Positions 26,901-41,152 of a stretch of DNA of 64,000 nucleotides are shown one piece after another. Every line of letters begins with the position of its first letter. Position 1 is the first letter of the stretch. The notes under the pieces are model-generated. The model was given only the letters and a program-made list of their open reading frames with translations, was not told the DNA's origin and made no database searches. The translations under genes and the position numbers were made by a program. The stretch is from Tubiluchus corallicola (taxonomy: Eukaryota > Animalia > Priapulida), in the NCBI GenBank assembly GCA_030141605.1, contig JAQGDQ010000234.1, forward strand, positions 283,557 through 347,556, read 5' to 3'.

Positions 26901-29844
26901 TTGCAGTTTACACTGTTTCATGTTGTCATCTTTCATAATCAAGGAAATGCCATTATAATATTGTCGCCTGTTAGTTTTTACATGTACAACATACTCCTTT
27001 ATGATAGTGATAAGCAGTCAATGGGTAAATGTAACAGTCATGTCACAAGTGAAACATTTGTAGTTACAGTAGAATTTTAAGTTGCATTCTAATTTTCTCG
27101 AATAAGAATTAAACATTTGACACCTTTATGTAGACAAATATGTACTAAAATAATAGCTAATTATATTCATATTGCAGGAGGCGGCAGAAAGCAATGCAGA
27201 ACAAAAATCTCGGCAAATTGTAAAACTAGAAGTCTCAGTCAAATCACTGTCCTCTGATTTGAATAAAGCTAATGATATAATTAGGAAACTACAGGGAGAA
27301 ATCAGAACTTATCATGCCAAGGTAAGGGAACAACAATAAAAACTAGTGTAGTCTGGTATTTGCAGGTTCAAATGGACCACCCTGGTTAGTTACCAGTGTA
27401 GTGGTTTTACTAGTACATATGTAAATAAGTTACTTGATTTTAGTTCTAAATTTTCTTGTTGCTATTTGCAGTTGAAGTTACAAAATCAGATCACTTCTGA
27501 ACAAGAAAAACTTTTGGCAGAAAAAGATCAAAGTTTAGAAGACCAAGCGAAAGAGACGGAGTTACTAAAATCTGGAAACTTAGCTTTGGAGACCGAAGTA
27601 TATGCCAAGTTTTGTCGTGTTTCATAAACACAAACTGTAACGATATCTACTGAAATGCCACACTTTACTGTTTACTCTGGAGTGTGTCAAGGATAATTTC
27701 TATGCATATGTGTAAAAACTAGGGATGGGACCAGACAGAATCCAGATTTTCCGATTTGGCAGATCCAGATAGATCTGGTTCTGGATCAATTCTGAATCCA
27801 CTAAGCCAATTGTACTTCATTTAGGTCGTACAAAGTTGAAGTTTGCAGACCATTTAAAGCTCAGTGTAGCAATCTACTCGAAAAGAAATTTAAGTGATGA
27901 AGTACTTGCTTATGTCTAATTAGGTTATCCAAATTCTCCTACAATACTAAACTTAGATTGGAAAAAAATGCAATTGTCGTTCATTAAAGAGTCCCAATTT
28001 TTATCAATACTGTGAATAAATGAAAATATTATGGAAACCGGGAGGGCCCTGTGAGCGGTGTGAATACTGGTCCGTATATCCTTGTGCTGTTTTAGACGCA
28101 AACCCACAACATGTGCAGTGTGCACATGCTCTCACCGCAGCTTGCATTTTGCAATTTCTCAGTGAATATTCTCGGCCAGTGTTTATGCATTTAGTAGTTT
28201 GTATTTTTCGTCATGCCTGAGAGTCTGTGAGAATTTTGTTAAACTTGTGCTGACAAAATCTATTTGTAGAATATGCAAAATAAAAGTAGTTAGTAGGACA
28301 AACGCATCAAACTGCTCGACAACACCGTCACCAGCACCAATTACTTTAATGTGCAATAATAATGTAAATGAAAAAAGACAAGTATAGTGATGTAATAAAC
28401 ACTTAAATACTGTCATAAGTTTGTAAGCTATTATAATGTATTTTTAAATAGCATTACTTAGACACCGTAGAGATATCTGAAAGAAAAGCCAGTTTAGATC
28501 TGAATCTGGTCCAGATCCATATGCCAAAATCCGAGTCCGGTAACATGGATCCGTCACATCCCTAGTAAAAACGTTGCTGTCCTGGCAAATAAGCAAAATT
28601 GATTACGTTGTTTAACAGAGAAAAGGCGTTTTACTATGCCCTAGTTGCCTAGTGTACTAAATTATGATGTAGTTAGATTCTGTATGTTACCTAGGTCTTG
28701 GTAGATATAGGCAATTGCTGGTCTCTTATAAATGTCCAATGGTAACAGGTGTCCAATGTTTACACATCGAATTAAAATTTAATTTTCTTTTCTTATGTTT
28801 CATTCTCAGAAAGAAAAGTTAAATGAGCAACTAAAAGAAACACGAAAGAAGTTAGAAAACTCTGAAGAGTTACAAAAGAAAAATGAAAACAGTAAGTACT
28901 AACATTTTTAAATACTTAATATCCTATATTGTTCTTCTTACTTGAGTCCTAGAGTCCTAGACTTGGTCTTGAATCATTTTGTTCTATAGAGATTTAAACT
29001 AGTAAGTATTCACCGCGCTATATAAAATTTAAGTAGCACTCTAAGTCTAGTACTAAAAAATATTTATTTGTAGTTATATATTGGATGCATAAACAGTTAG
29101 CCGATGCTCAAATAACTTGGCAGTCGTCTTCGAATGGTTCTCGAACGTCAAAATCACGGAATGTATATCCTACAGATAAGGTATTTGCATCATTGACTTT
29201 CGTCATTAGGCTAACATACAACATTTTGTAACTTGTAATTGATCACTCTGTGCTTACTGTATATACTTATGTACAAGTCGAATTTTTGGGAGGCGATTTT
29301 AAGGTGAAATTTTTGGGGTCGACTTATACTTACTCGATATGTTTTTGGGAGATGTTAAAGAGTCGTTTACAATACGAATATGTAAAGAAATAATCCTTCA
29401 TTATACGCTGGACTGAATGAACACTCATACTGTGATACATCATATCAGAGAATGTTCGCATCTTGACATTACTTTCCAAAATTACCAAATGTTACTGTAA
29501 TTTATTTTAATGTATGTGAAATTAAGTTAAAATTTATATATCACCGGCAAATAAACTAGCGACGAAGCACTCGATCAGAACATGGAAATCGCCAATGTTG
29601 TGCAGGTGCTGCCACCTGTCGGCTTCCGCGGGAAGTTTTACACTGGCCTTGTATATGCGTGTCTTATTGGCAAAATATCGATTACCAGCATACACGCGTG
29701 TATAAAACGCAACTATGCGTGTTTTTTTTTCAATCCTGGCTGCGATATCCTAGGGTTAAAGGCATTACAAACAATTATGTGTGATGAAAGGCCAGGCTGC
29801 ATTATCATGGATTGCATTGAGGGCCCTCAACATGAATATATGTG

Positions 29845-29894
<50 letters not shown>

Positions 29895-32138
29895 GGTATA
29901 TATATAAATATAGATATATATAGATATAGATATACATCGGGTAGGTATAATATACTCAGCCCAGGCACTTGCACGTATCTTGCACGCTAACACAGTAGAC
30001 TATTGATTTATTACTCTGCCATTGTTGACATCATTTGCTCTGGAAGATCTTAATATTTTATGGTCGACTTGTACACAGGTAATATATAAAATGATGCAAT
30101 GTTTGGTCTTAAAATGCACCATCGACTTGTACATAAGATCTACTTGTACACACAAATATACGGTATAGTAGAAGACCAAATTACACAAAAACGTGTAAAC
30201 GACTTATGTTGAAACTTAACGGCAGGATATCGGTCCTATACTAAAAATGCTAACCTAAGCGTTGCCCTCACACTTGAGGACAACACGTGTTCTCTTAGTA
30301 ATTAGAAGGATGCAGACAAGAAATTTGACTTTTAAAAAACATACAAATTTCCTGTTCTATGCGTTTCGGATGCAGAGACTTGCATTTCTATTTTTCCAAT
30401 TAGGAATCTCTTGAAGGAGGAGCATTGCTGACAAATTTGCAGGATAACATGAAGTATGCTGCTTCACTAGGGCCTCTCCGGGGACCACTAGCGCAGGTAA
30501 ATTTTTTGATGACATTAATTTATGTAAGGAATAATAAACCTCCAGAGTTCTGGTACAGTTCATTCCTGGCATCTGTGTGAGTTTTCTAAAATATTTACAA
30601 GAAACATTTCCTGCTGCATAAATATGTGGCATCGTCAGCTGAAGATTTCATAGCTAAAAATATGAAATGATTCAGCTCATTGCAGTTTGTTGGCACTTCA
30701 GCCTCTCTCAGTTTTTTGTACTGTGGTTTCACCAAAAAATTTTGATTGGTCTTTTTTATATACAGTGATACCTCGAGATACGAAAGTAATTCGTTCCGGA
30801 GGGGCTTGATTTATAAATGATTTATTATTTATAAATGACGTAATTCATTTCAGCTCCCCACCCCCTGAAAACAGTCGTATAAAGTGTAAATATTGTAACC
30901 ACCTGAAAGAAATATGTTCGCTAATTCGTTTATTGCAACATAATCATTTACATAAATGTTAAAGGACAATGAGAAAATAATAAAATCAATGAAAAATAAT
31001 AATAAATGTTGTTACGAATAACGACACTTTACCCTTCAAGGCGTTCCCATGTTGCGCACAACAAAGCATTCACATGAATGCTACGAAATGCATTCTGGGA
31101 GGACCGCTGTTGGGTGGCACTTTCGATTTTCGTTTTCATATCTTGAATATTTTTTCGTTAAATGGGACGGAAATTTCTTCGAAGCCCAATTTGTATTCTG
31201 AATTTTTCGTATAATAGGGTTTTCGTAAGTCGAGGTTCCACTGCACTTCATCTTTGTTCAAACTGGAATCCAGCATTCAATGGCAGGAGCATCTAATGTG
31301 GACAACTGTAACATTACTGAAACGTGACTCGTTATCAGATTGACAATACATACAAATAAATGGCCGGATTCAGTAAAGTGAATGAAGCATCCTGAACGAG
31401 TATTGAAACTGGCTGCCACAAATCCATTTTCTGACCAATTTTGGCATCGCTTAACTTTGCTCACTAACCAGAAATCATGACCTCTCAACTATATCCCACC
31501 CCCATCTTAAGTTTGGCGGGTCTACATTAAATAATGCATGTTTACGTTTGAAAGTTTAAAGATAATATAAATGCTTTCTGTGATACTGATTACTGAATAA
31601 ACTTTGCAGGTTCAGTACCACCACTCTAGCGGTACACTTGGAAGTACAAGCAGTAACAGCAACAATTCAAAGAAAGACATGCTAGCAGTGGCTGATGAAA
31701 GTCTTGAACCTCAACCACTACCTCAGCCAGCTGTGCAGCATAGCAGACATAATGTTAACAAGGAAAAGTAAGTTTATGTAATTGCTTTAAGAATTTATGT
31801 ACAGGTAGTTGTTCTTACAAACTTTAAATCGCTATCTGTTTTGATAAGTTAAGCGTAATTTGGATTATTTTATTTTCAGCGATCCTTTGAAAGCATATCT
31901 CCGTCCTGCATCAATGCTACATACTGAACAGAAAAGCAGTACGCAAGCACTACAAGGACATAAAAACAATGCATTTGCTGCAGCTGACAGACAGCATCTA
32001 ATGTCTGGTAAAAGAAGTGTGAATCCTGTATTACTACCAAAACCTGGACCAATGACTCATCAGCAGCCTCCATTAGCTAGTGCATATTTTCCTCAGCATC
32101 AGTATTCAAAAGCAGCAACAGCACAACGCAAACAGTAG
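19082..32138 (+). CDS. SASS6: Spindle assembly abnormal protein 6 homolog (centriole cartwheel), 16 coding exons
   Basis: GT-AG exons in one frame: 19082-19149, 19373-19433, 20519-20598, 21003-21107, 22486-22660, 22748-22825, 23249-23368, 24563-24679, 25285-25443, 26620-26730, 27178-27321, 27472-27597, 28810-28891, 29074-29180, 31610-31767, 31880-32138. Head domain [20 protein letters not shown] region [35 protein letters not shown], long coiled coil, [15 protein letters not shown] box. Confidence 0.95.
19634..20121. mobile_element. pogo/Tigger-like (Tc1/mariner) MITE in SASS6 intron
   Basis: TIR cagtggccgccgcttatt.tggacac, TA TSD on both sides, internal tgtccatattaa / tgtccacaataa repeats. 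Confidence 0.9.
20870..20907. repeat. (TA)n microsatellite
   Basis: Perfect TA run. Confidence 0.95.
25740..25958 (+). mobile_element. RTE-like LINE 3' remnant
   Basis: Reads [25 protein letters not shown] then a gatgatga tail; resembles the C-terminus of the element at 40425-41152. Confidence 0.55.
27720..28564. mobile_element. Non-autonomous hAT element in SASS6 intron
   Basis: TIR tagggatg...catcccta; 8-bp TSD gtaaaaac at 27712-27719 and 28565-28572; subterminal atccag/atccg repeats. Confidence 0.9.
29257..30163. mobile_element. pogo/Tc2-like non-autonomous element containing a microsatellite
   Basis: ta|ctgtatatacttatgtacaagtcga ... acttgtacacacaaatatacgg|ta; repeated tcgacttgtac motifs. 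Confidence 0.75.
29845..29935. repeat. Compound (CA)n(TA)n microsatellite
   Basis: cacacaca...tatatata. Confidence 0.95.
30763..31243. mobile_element. Tigger-like MITE
   Basis: ta|cagtgatacctcgagatacgaaa ... tttcgtaagtcgaggttccactg|ca (right TSD mutated). Confidence 0.75.
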
Positions 32139-35100
32139 CAGCGGAATAGCATTTGTGATATGTATTCTTATTCCATATGTAATACATGATAAATTATTGT
32201 AACAGGTTTTTTAAAGTACATGATATGTACATAGTTATAATTGCTACGTTATTTTGTTTTAATTGGCTGTTATTTGTTATATTGGTTGACAAATGTAGGT
32301 AAGTGTTAATAAATGTAATAAATATTTCAACTAGGTAATTTTTTACTGTAACATTGTGCCTGTTGGTAAACATAAACTCTGGAATTCTGACTGTGATTTC
32401 ATCATAATTGTGAGGATGCAAGTGATCCTACATTGATGATTAATTTTTCGTATTAAACCTGCCATTTTCCAGGATTACAGATATCTGTTATCAGTCAAAT
32501 AACCATTATGTTATTAATTTCATTGTAGTCATCTTTTGTTTAGAGCCTAACTAGATTTTTTTGGTTCTTCCAGGATTTCGAAAATCGACCAAGCTAAAAG
32601 CAAACATAGTCTTAAATTTTGCTTCATCCTATTACATTGCTGTTACTTTCCACACGGAAATTGTTATGAACAAGTTGTTAAAATATGCTTTTCAAGGTTT
32701 ACCTTTACATTGAAAGAATTTCCTAAACTAAAATCACTTGTCACTGTAACAATTTTCGAGACACTGGTCCTTTGACGGACTTCATATGCTAAGAATATGA
32801 TCAGAAAATGTTTTTATTTAACGTTTGAAAGCATTTTGCAATTAGCTTTTAGTCATGTGGTAATGAAACTCATCAAGTCAAAAGTCAGTGTGCATGTTGT
32901 TTTGTTTCAACTTGGGTAAACTTGAGTAAAAAGGGGTAAAAGATAAAATTTTGGGTGAAAGTTTTATTATGTGAACACAACCAGTGTTAATTCTGCATAA
33001 CAATTATATGTTTGTTGATTTTGTTCAATAAACTTTTTTTAATGTTCGAACTTGGTTTTAATCTAATATAATGTAACTTTTTCGACAGTCTGTTTGCTTT
33101 CTAAATGAAAAAACCTGCAGCTCAATAGTTCATTTCGTCACAAAATTATGATAGTAACAATTACAAATGTTTTGTTTTACTGTAGCTGTTCTAGCTGTTT
33201 TACTTGTTAGGTATGACCTTGATATCATGGCATGTATTGCAGTGTAACACCAGGTTAAAAGGAGGTAACTGAATTTTGTTTGCAGTGTTTTATCTCCTGC
33301 TGGGATCGGTTAATAGGTATAAAGTGTTTTCTGTTAATAACTTACTGTTCTGCTGGTGTGTAAACATATCTTTCATACCTGACTCTGTGTTATCTGCATT
33401 CAGTAATTGATTCACAAATACGAATTCCGTTTATACTTGTCTGTGGAGCCTGATATTTACGAATAAATATTTACTATGTTGAGGTGCATGTGTATGTTAA
33501 ACTGCCTTGTTTTGGGGAAGAAGATCAAATCTCCACTGCAAATGCGAGCAGTTGTTAAAAAACTGAGATAGAAATTGTGACACAAACTAAGTAACATTTT
33601 GAACTCCAAAGCATAATAATTTTGATTTTAATCTGGAATGTGAAACACAAACTCCACATGTTGACAACAACTGATAATAAATACAGATCAGTTACCTTGT
33701 AACTAACTTATAACTGAAATAATAATTATTAGTAATTAATGCATGTAATTATATTTTTTAAATATTTGTATGTATTATACTTATGTATGTATGTTTATGC
33801 ATTGGATTCTTTTTTCTCACGAAATTTCTGGTTCTCTAACATAGTAATATTTAAGAGATTCAGCTTAAAATTGTTTAAGTTGTTTTGAAAAAAGGCTCAA
33901 CAATTGTGCTGAAAGAACTACAGCTGGAATGAAAAAATTAAACACAGCACTTAGTCTTTATTTATTATTGCAAATCTTATGAATAATGTAAACACAGATT
34001 TATAATATACATCTGTATTAATAATTACGGATGTAATTTAACTGTATCAAGTCGTCATTCATTATCATCTTGACATTAAAATGAGGAAATTTCATTGTTA
34101 ATGAAGATTTAATAACTTCATAACTAGATTTTATAACTAGAATGTAGGTGAATGTTGTTTAGCTGTGAAGGCCAGTTGTTCACATTTATACACCCGGGCA
34201 TTGCATGTTAATGATTAGCTAATCTAGTTTTTGTAGGTATTAATGAGGAAGTGCCAAGAAGTATATGTAGAAAGCTTGACTGCATTAGAAAATTATATAT
34301 TTGGTTTTACTGTGAAAGCACAAAACTTGTAATTATTATTTTAATTAATTGCAAGTTTGAAAATTTGTTTGTATTACAATAAGAAAAATAGTTTAATTAA
34401 ATGAAACTGGTTTAAATAATGGTGGCAAGGTTATCCTATCGTGAACCAGTTATAACTAGTTTTGTAAGTGGTGTATGAGGACTGATGCACGTGACACTTT
34501 ATGTATTATTCCAAGTTGATGCCTGAAAAATACTGATCAGTATTTAGTAAATTTATTAAAATAACAATTGTGTGTACTTGTTTTGATATGTTATGTAAAA
34601 CCTGTACAAGGAATTGCAAAACACCTGTGCAGTGTCAAAGAGCCTAATTTAAATTTTAGACATAGCCGAAACTTTGATAATTGAATTTATAATTACATAA
34701 TGTGCAACCACATTTGTTCGCAAAAAGGGCACTAGTAATATTTTTGGTGTCAATGAGTTGTGCCATTTATTTTGAATAAATACCTAACAGCGGGTTTGCT
34801 TCACTACTTTGCTACAAATTATTACTGAGCTATCAGAAGCTGTATTTTTTTATTTGTGAATTTTGCAAATTAACTTATTATGTACCAAACTGGAGGTGTT
34901 ATGTGCAATGCGTGAAGTCGTTGGCTAAAATTTCTTTAGTTCAAATGTCATTAACATGGCATCTAAAAAGTCCAACCGCGGTTACATTATCATCACTGTT
35001 TCACTCTTTTGCTAAATTCCAGCTCCTGTTTCTCTTAACAACACAGTCATCTGACTCGCGTGGTCACGCGACGTCATCAACAAAGGATCAAAGCTCGGGT

Positions 35101-38100
35101 AATTTCCACCCTGGAGCGGTAAATGTTTGTCTCTTGAACAGTCCTCTATCTAGGACAGGTACAAGATACGCTAGAATACGTCTTACCAAGGCCAGTACGT
35201 TTAATCATTGCATATACGTCTGTTAGAAAACGTTTTTATCTCTGATATAAGATTAAGAGCACGTTTTGAACGTTTATCTGTAATGCACAGATAAACAGCA
35301 AGCCTACACATATGCTAACTGTTAAGAAAACGAAGCAGGATTTTTGTGAATAACGCATTAGACGAGCCCGTGTTTGGTTTGAATGACCTTATGTATAATT
35401 TTCACGACGTAAATTTTACAAACTAAAAGTACAGTTATTTGTTTTTCTCAAATCTCACCTTCGCTTTTCCTTGATATAACAATAGACCATGCACGCACGT
35501 GGGTTATCTCCAGAATTATTCTAACTGGCTCATTATTACACAGTACACTTACTTGCAATAAAAGTATAAAACTAATGTAATTTTTCATACTTCTATTTAC
35601 CATGTTTCGGTAAGAAAATTTTTAGCAAACCATACTAATTAGTACCATGTCAGTTCATCATAGAAATATTTACTTTATTTTGTAGGTTTACCTTTCGAAG
35701 GATTTTGCCATTTATGACAACACCATAAAGACGGGTTGATTGTCTATTATAATTTTTACCCCTGCGAAGTGCCCAAAACAAGCAACTTATATACATGTAT
35801 TGAGTTCCACATCCATCCACTTCGCTTTGCGTTGCTTCCCTCTGGCTATTATTCATCGCTGAACCTAACCTGAAGAAGTTAAATTCGCCCTTTGGGGAAA
35901 CTGACTCGAGATGTAATTTTTCTTTCATCATTCAACTGATCTAAAGTCAGCAGCCCGCCACAGTGTTTAATCCGTCTAAATCCTCTCTCAATGTGAATTT
36001 ATGTAGCAGTAAATGCCTTACAATGAGGTTAGCGGCGCAGTTATGATAATAAAACCATGACAAAGGATGGTAATGAAAAGATAAAATATAGAGCACACGA
36101 AAAGAAACGACTGAGAAAGTTGCAGCTGATGTTGAAACCAAGATCGCTCTCGAACTGTTTGTGTTGCGCTTATCTTATGCTACATAGTAACATAGACATA
36201 CCGCAGTGAATTGCAATCCCACCTATTAGTCCATTACTTTACGTGGTACGGCAATTAACTACAAAGGAATGGTTAATGTACAAAAGCTTTTGACCTGCAG
36301 TGTATTTAGACCTAACCGAGAAACGCCATTCTTCTTTGATCTTTTGCCCTTTCAGACAATGTATGCTGCGATTCGTTTTTGCGAAGATAACAAAAACTTC
36401 TTTGTTAATTTTTCTAGAGTGTAGAAGTTAAATACAATAGCAGCTCTCTCTCGTACTAAACAATCTTCATAAATAACTGTTCTGTTTTTCGTTTGCTCGA
36501 CATTACATGAACAAAGCCTGACATTAATTATACTTAACAATGGAGTATATCATAACAGCTCTGTATGTAATACGTACAGGATATAAATAATCAAATACTA
36601 AAAACAGTTATTAACATCTTATAAAGGAATCCTGTACTTCAGATTGCAGACTACAATTTCATATTTAATGAAAATGATAATGAATAGGTCTTGAGTTTAA
36701 TATCAATGTTAAGACCCCATTAGCGGGAATCTACTTAATTAACTAACTAGTGGCAATATGACTTTAGAATTTAGAACATGAGGATTTCTAAAAAAATTCT
36801 ATCGTTAAGCTAGTGCATTAAAGTCATCCCGATATCACATGTAGTGTGTCTTATATGTGCCAACTCACACGCCAACGATGACAGCGCAGTTACATAGATC
36901 CAGAGCCAGTGGTCAGTGCTCTTGACCACTCGTTCACATGAGCACTGCAATTGAGTTTTACAGATGTAACAACTCCAAATATATTGAAGAAAAACAGAAT
37001 AAAGCCCTCTATTCTGCAATTTAGCATTGTACTAGTATTAGACTATCACGGAAAAACTATTAACAAAGCGGAACCTGCAAATAAAAACGTTATTAGCTTT
37101 GCAAAGGAGTAAATAGTTGACCTAAATGTGTAGTGTAGACCATAATTGCATTGACTTTTCTTAATTAACACCTAGAGTCGATAGTCGTGCAACGAAATGA
37201 TCCAATAAAAAGCAATTAGTTGCAAATGACATTTCATTAAGTGAAGTGTTCTTGCTATATTACTAATAAGGAAGTTTGCTAGGTCAAGTTCTAGAGCCAG
37301 CGAAGACAATAATACGTCGCACATATGAGCTAAGAAATTGCAAGACTGTCAAGTATAACTATGTTTTGAATTAATAATGTGACTTAGGTGATTACTAATT
37401 ACCACACTGTATTGACCAGTTCAATTTCGAAAAAAGCAAGCAATGGAAAAGTTGAAGTTGTAATTGTAACGAACAGGGTAAAGTGGGGTAAAAGGCGTAA
37501 TGAAGTAAGACCTTCGCTATTTCTTATTTCCACATTACACTACTAAGTGAATGAAAACAGTTACCTTAGAGCGTGCTTTTTACTTATTGTAGCCAATAAC
37601 ACCACCCCCTAGACCACCACCTCGAATAATAAATGTTGTATTCTACAGCAGATTTAACTCATTTCAATAAACGTATTAAATTATTTGGGCCAACTTTCAA
37701 TTTCACATTGCTCTCCATTTAAATGTCACTCGTATCATATGCACGCAGTAATTATGTTATCACGATAATCTATTAATCATTTCCAATCAATTCACTACTT
37801 GACAAACATGATTGCAAATGTATATAATTCAACAGACATTATTGCGCTTTTCCGTGACCTATATAATAATAGTAATTGCTGCAGATAATAGCCAAAAAAT
37901 TTTGTCGCAAACAAACTAACTTGCGTTTTCGTGCTTACAAAAGCGTGCAAATTGGGAAGAATTGATTACCTGCTACTATGCTTTAAAAATTAAGTCCATT
38001 TGTGTAAGTGAAACATTCATTATTATACCTATTAACCTAGATGAGTTAGCCTAATCTCGGCACATCGTTTAAGCGCTAGATTTAATGTTTATCTAACTGC

Positions 38101-38639
38101 ATAATTTTTACTGTCTGTGCACCAAAGTCGCTAGCTTATTATTGCCACATGTCAAATGGGAAAAGCAGGCATAGGCCAATTACGATATTAGGCCTAACTG
38201 AGTGCTTAGTGATTACTGTAGCTTCCGGCGTTATGTATTTTGCAAGTATATTTCAAAAGCAGTTTACGCGGAGACCTCTTTCGCAATTTTTTCTTAAACT
38301 GGGTTATTACAGGGCCTTTAAGTTTGCAAACAGTTTTTTAACTACTCAGCGTAAATCACAATCCCTATAAACATTATGTTAGATGACATCACTCAACACA
38401 ACGTCATGTTATACGGACCTTTATTTTGCGTTGCTGATGTCAAATTTCGTAAGATCGCATTGACCGCTGCAATGCTTGATTAAGTAAACTAGGTTTTAAT
38501 TTTTGCTTTCGAATTCTGTTTACGTTTTTGACAGTATTAAGAGTACAAACGTGTATTGCATGTAAATAAGATCGAAATTAACTGGTAATGATAGTTTAAT
38601 ATCGTATTATGCTCCAGTCCCTGAACATTGTATGTCGCT

Positions 38640-39770
38640 TCCCCAGTAGTACATTTCGCCAGTGCACTTTTCGCCAGTTGTGCATTTCGCCAGTAAAATT
38701 TATTCGGTATGTTATTACCTTATTCCTTTAAAGGAAAACCGCATGATAGTGTAAACACGAGTTCAGAATAAAGAATGCTCTAAAATATTGAAAACTACAA
38801 TAGCTTATTTTAAATCAAAGCTTAGATTAAATAATAATTACCTCGGATACTCAAATTTCGTCAAACTTTCAAAGCTATACGCGGCTCAGTGAATCTACTA
38901 AGATTGGCAGCGGCGCCTTTTTGTCACGTGCGCGGCGCCGACAAATAGAAAGCGGTACCGTGATAACCATGCTCATGAACTGCTGTGTTAGTTTCATGAC
39001 GTCATATGACGTACCCTTTTTTCGTGACATCTGCGTTTAAACAGTAATGTAACAATTATGCAAATGTGCTTGACGCGCAAGGGAAGACGCCTGCCATTGC
39101 ACAAACTGCGGTTACTTTCTGACGTAAGCAATAACTGTGTTCGGTTGCCGTTAATTAACTTTCTAAGCTAATTATTCAAATATAAGGAACAATTGTTAAC
39201 TTTTATAGGCAAGAAAATGTATATTTTGGACAGTAAATTAAAATGAGAATGAGTCTAAACAATCGTCCGGTCTTCCTTTAACAAAATGTTTCAGTCCATT
39301 ACTTCCTTTAACAAATGGTAAAGTTTACCAGTTCATAGTTCGTCAGTAGTATATGCATTTACTAGTAAAATGTTTCTGCTATGCTTATTACTTTATTCCT
39401 TTAACAAAATGTTTTAGTTCGTAAGTGGTACACATCGCCAGTAAAATTTTTCTGCTATGGTATAACCTTTAACAGAATGTTTCAGTTCGTCAGTACACAC
39501 TTCGCCAGTGGTACTACATTTCACCACTTCATACTTCGCTAGAAGTACATTTCGCAAGTAAAATTTTTCTGCTATGTCATTACCTTATTCTTTAGCAAAT
39601 TGTTCGATAGCGGTGTAATTCGTCAGTAAACACTTTGCCAGTGGTACATTTTGCAAATAAAATTTTTCTACTATGATATTGCCTTATTCTTTTAACAAAA
39701 GTTTATGTTCGACTGTGGTACATTTTGCCAGTAAAATTTCTCTGTTATGTCATTACTTTATCCTTTAACA
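38640..39770. repeat. Degenerate tandem repeat array interrupted by a transposon
   Basis: Recurrent unit gtacatttcgccagtaaaatttttctgctatg..attaccttattcctttaacaaaatg. Confidence 0.8.
38732..39277. mobile_element. Non-autonomous Kolobok-like element
   Basis: TTAA on both sides (38728-38731, 39278-39281); TIR aggaaaaccgcatgat vs aggaagaccggacgat (reverse complement of right end). Confidence 0.75.
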
Positions 39771-40424
39771 TAATAGTGAAGTTTTAGTTGCACGATTGCT
39801 GCTGCGTTTTTGTTAACTACCAAACTGTTAACCCTTGATAATCGCCTTTGATACTGCTAAGATTTTCAATAACGTATGACACAAAAAGTTTTTGACAAGC
39901 TTCAGTGTGTTGTTTATTATATCGTCACATCTCCACATTCGGACTGTGCAATTGTTTATGACCTAGTGCAAATATTTGGGTAGTTTCTTCAAGCTTTTAT
40001 TTTCGACTAACTGATTTTAGTCTTTTATCAATCACGTATACCAGATTTTATGCAGACCAAGTGTAGTGATGCATGTAAATCTATAGCCAGTATAAGCAAC
40101 AATATTGCAGTTTATTAATAACATATAATAAACGTATCGTATATACAAACGTGAACGACAAGGATGAGAAGCTCCGTAGCACCACCGGGCTGGATATGTG
40201 ACTGACAAACGTGTTTCATAACTACACCTCACTTGCTTCAAGTTAAATGCCAGTAGAAACATAAGCCTTCAGATAAGCAATTAAAAAATATTTTTCTTGC
40301 TCTGAGTGGCAGTTGGGCTGGTTTGAGAACGATTTGCATAAAAACTCATTGAATTTTATATGACGCTCCTTTCATGAGCTTTATAAAGTTTAGGATTGTT
40401 TCGAATAGTAACCTCGTTACGAAT

Positions 40425-41152
40425 CATCAACATCATCCAATGAATCATACGCCCAGAGACATGATTCTGCTCACCTCCCTATGCCAGGACTCCCTGCTCG
40501 CCGCAATGCCCCAAGTGGATTTATTTCTAAGGATCAATGCTGAAGTGTTTAAATCTTTCTGTGCAAAATCTAAATATGTTAACATTTGTCCTCCTGCAGG
40601 TTTTTTAGCTGGTTCTTTGGCTTGTTGAAGAGCTATTTTCACTGGAAAATTATCAGGTAGTCTAAGCATATGCCCAATCCGTCTTAAAGGGCGTCTTTTT
40701 ATTTTTCTTGTCCTAGGTTCTTCTTTTATTTTTTCATATAGATCTTTGTTTGGAATTTTCTTGGGCCATCTAATACCCTAAATGTTTCTGTAATTTTGCC
40801 TTTGAAACGCATCGACTTCAGCTTTATAATTTGCTTTTAATGTCCAGAGCTCAGCGTTATACAGAAATACAGTTTCAACTAAGGCTGAGAATATTCTAAC
40901 TTTTGTTTCCAAAGAAATATTCTTATTCTCAAAAACGTTTGTGAGTTTTGAGTAAGCTGATAATGCCATTATCTTCCGTCTTGATATGTCATTTTCTGTT
41001 GCCAGCAGACTACCGAGATACTTGCATCTTTGCCATGATTCATCACCATGGCGTGTTATGTGAAACTCTTCAGTTTAATTTTTGTTAACAACAAGATTTT
41101 GTTTACAAAATTTTCATCTAAATTAAAGTATTTTGTCTTAAATGCTCGCCTG
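40425..41152 (-). mobile_element. 5'-truncated RTE-like LINE with 12-bp TSD
   Basis: KYLGSLL...DISRR...KVRIFSALVETVFLYNAELWTL...DAFQR...IGHMLRLP...AASRESWH; gat-rich tail; TSD ctcgttacgaat at 40413-40424 and 41153-41164. Confidence 0.85.

Noticed and set aside
29765-29993. Overlapping ORFs with VCVC/HTHT/IYIY runs
   Set aside because: Translation of a microsatellite
30350-31490. Minus-strand ORFs 30357-30632 and 31258-31488 as a nested gene
   Set aside because: No recognisable homology, no consistent splice model; probably old TE coding debris split by a MITE
35650-36141. Two short minus-strand ORFs in the intergenic interval
   Set aside because: No known motif and no supportable exon structure
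38640-39770. Repeat array as a CRISPR-like locus
   Set aside because: Units are degenerate and irregular with no unique spacers; no cas genes; eukaryotic context
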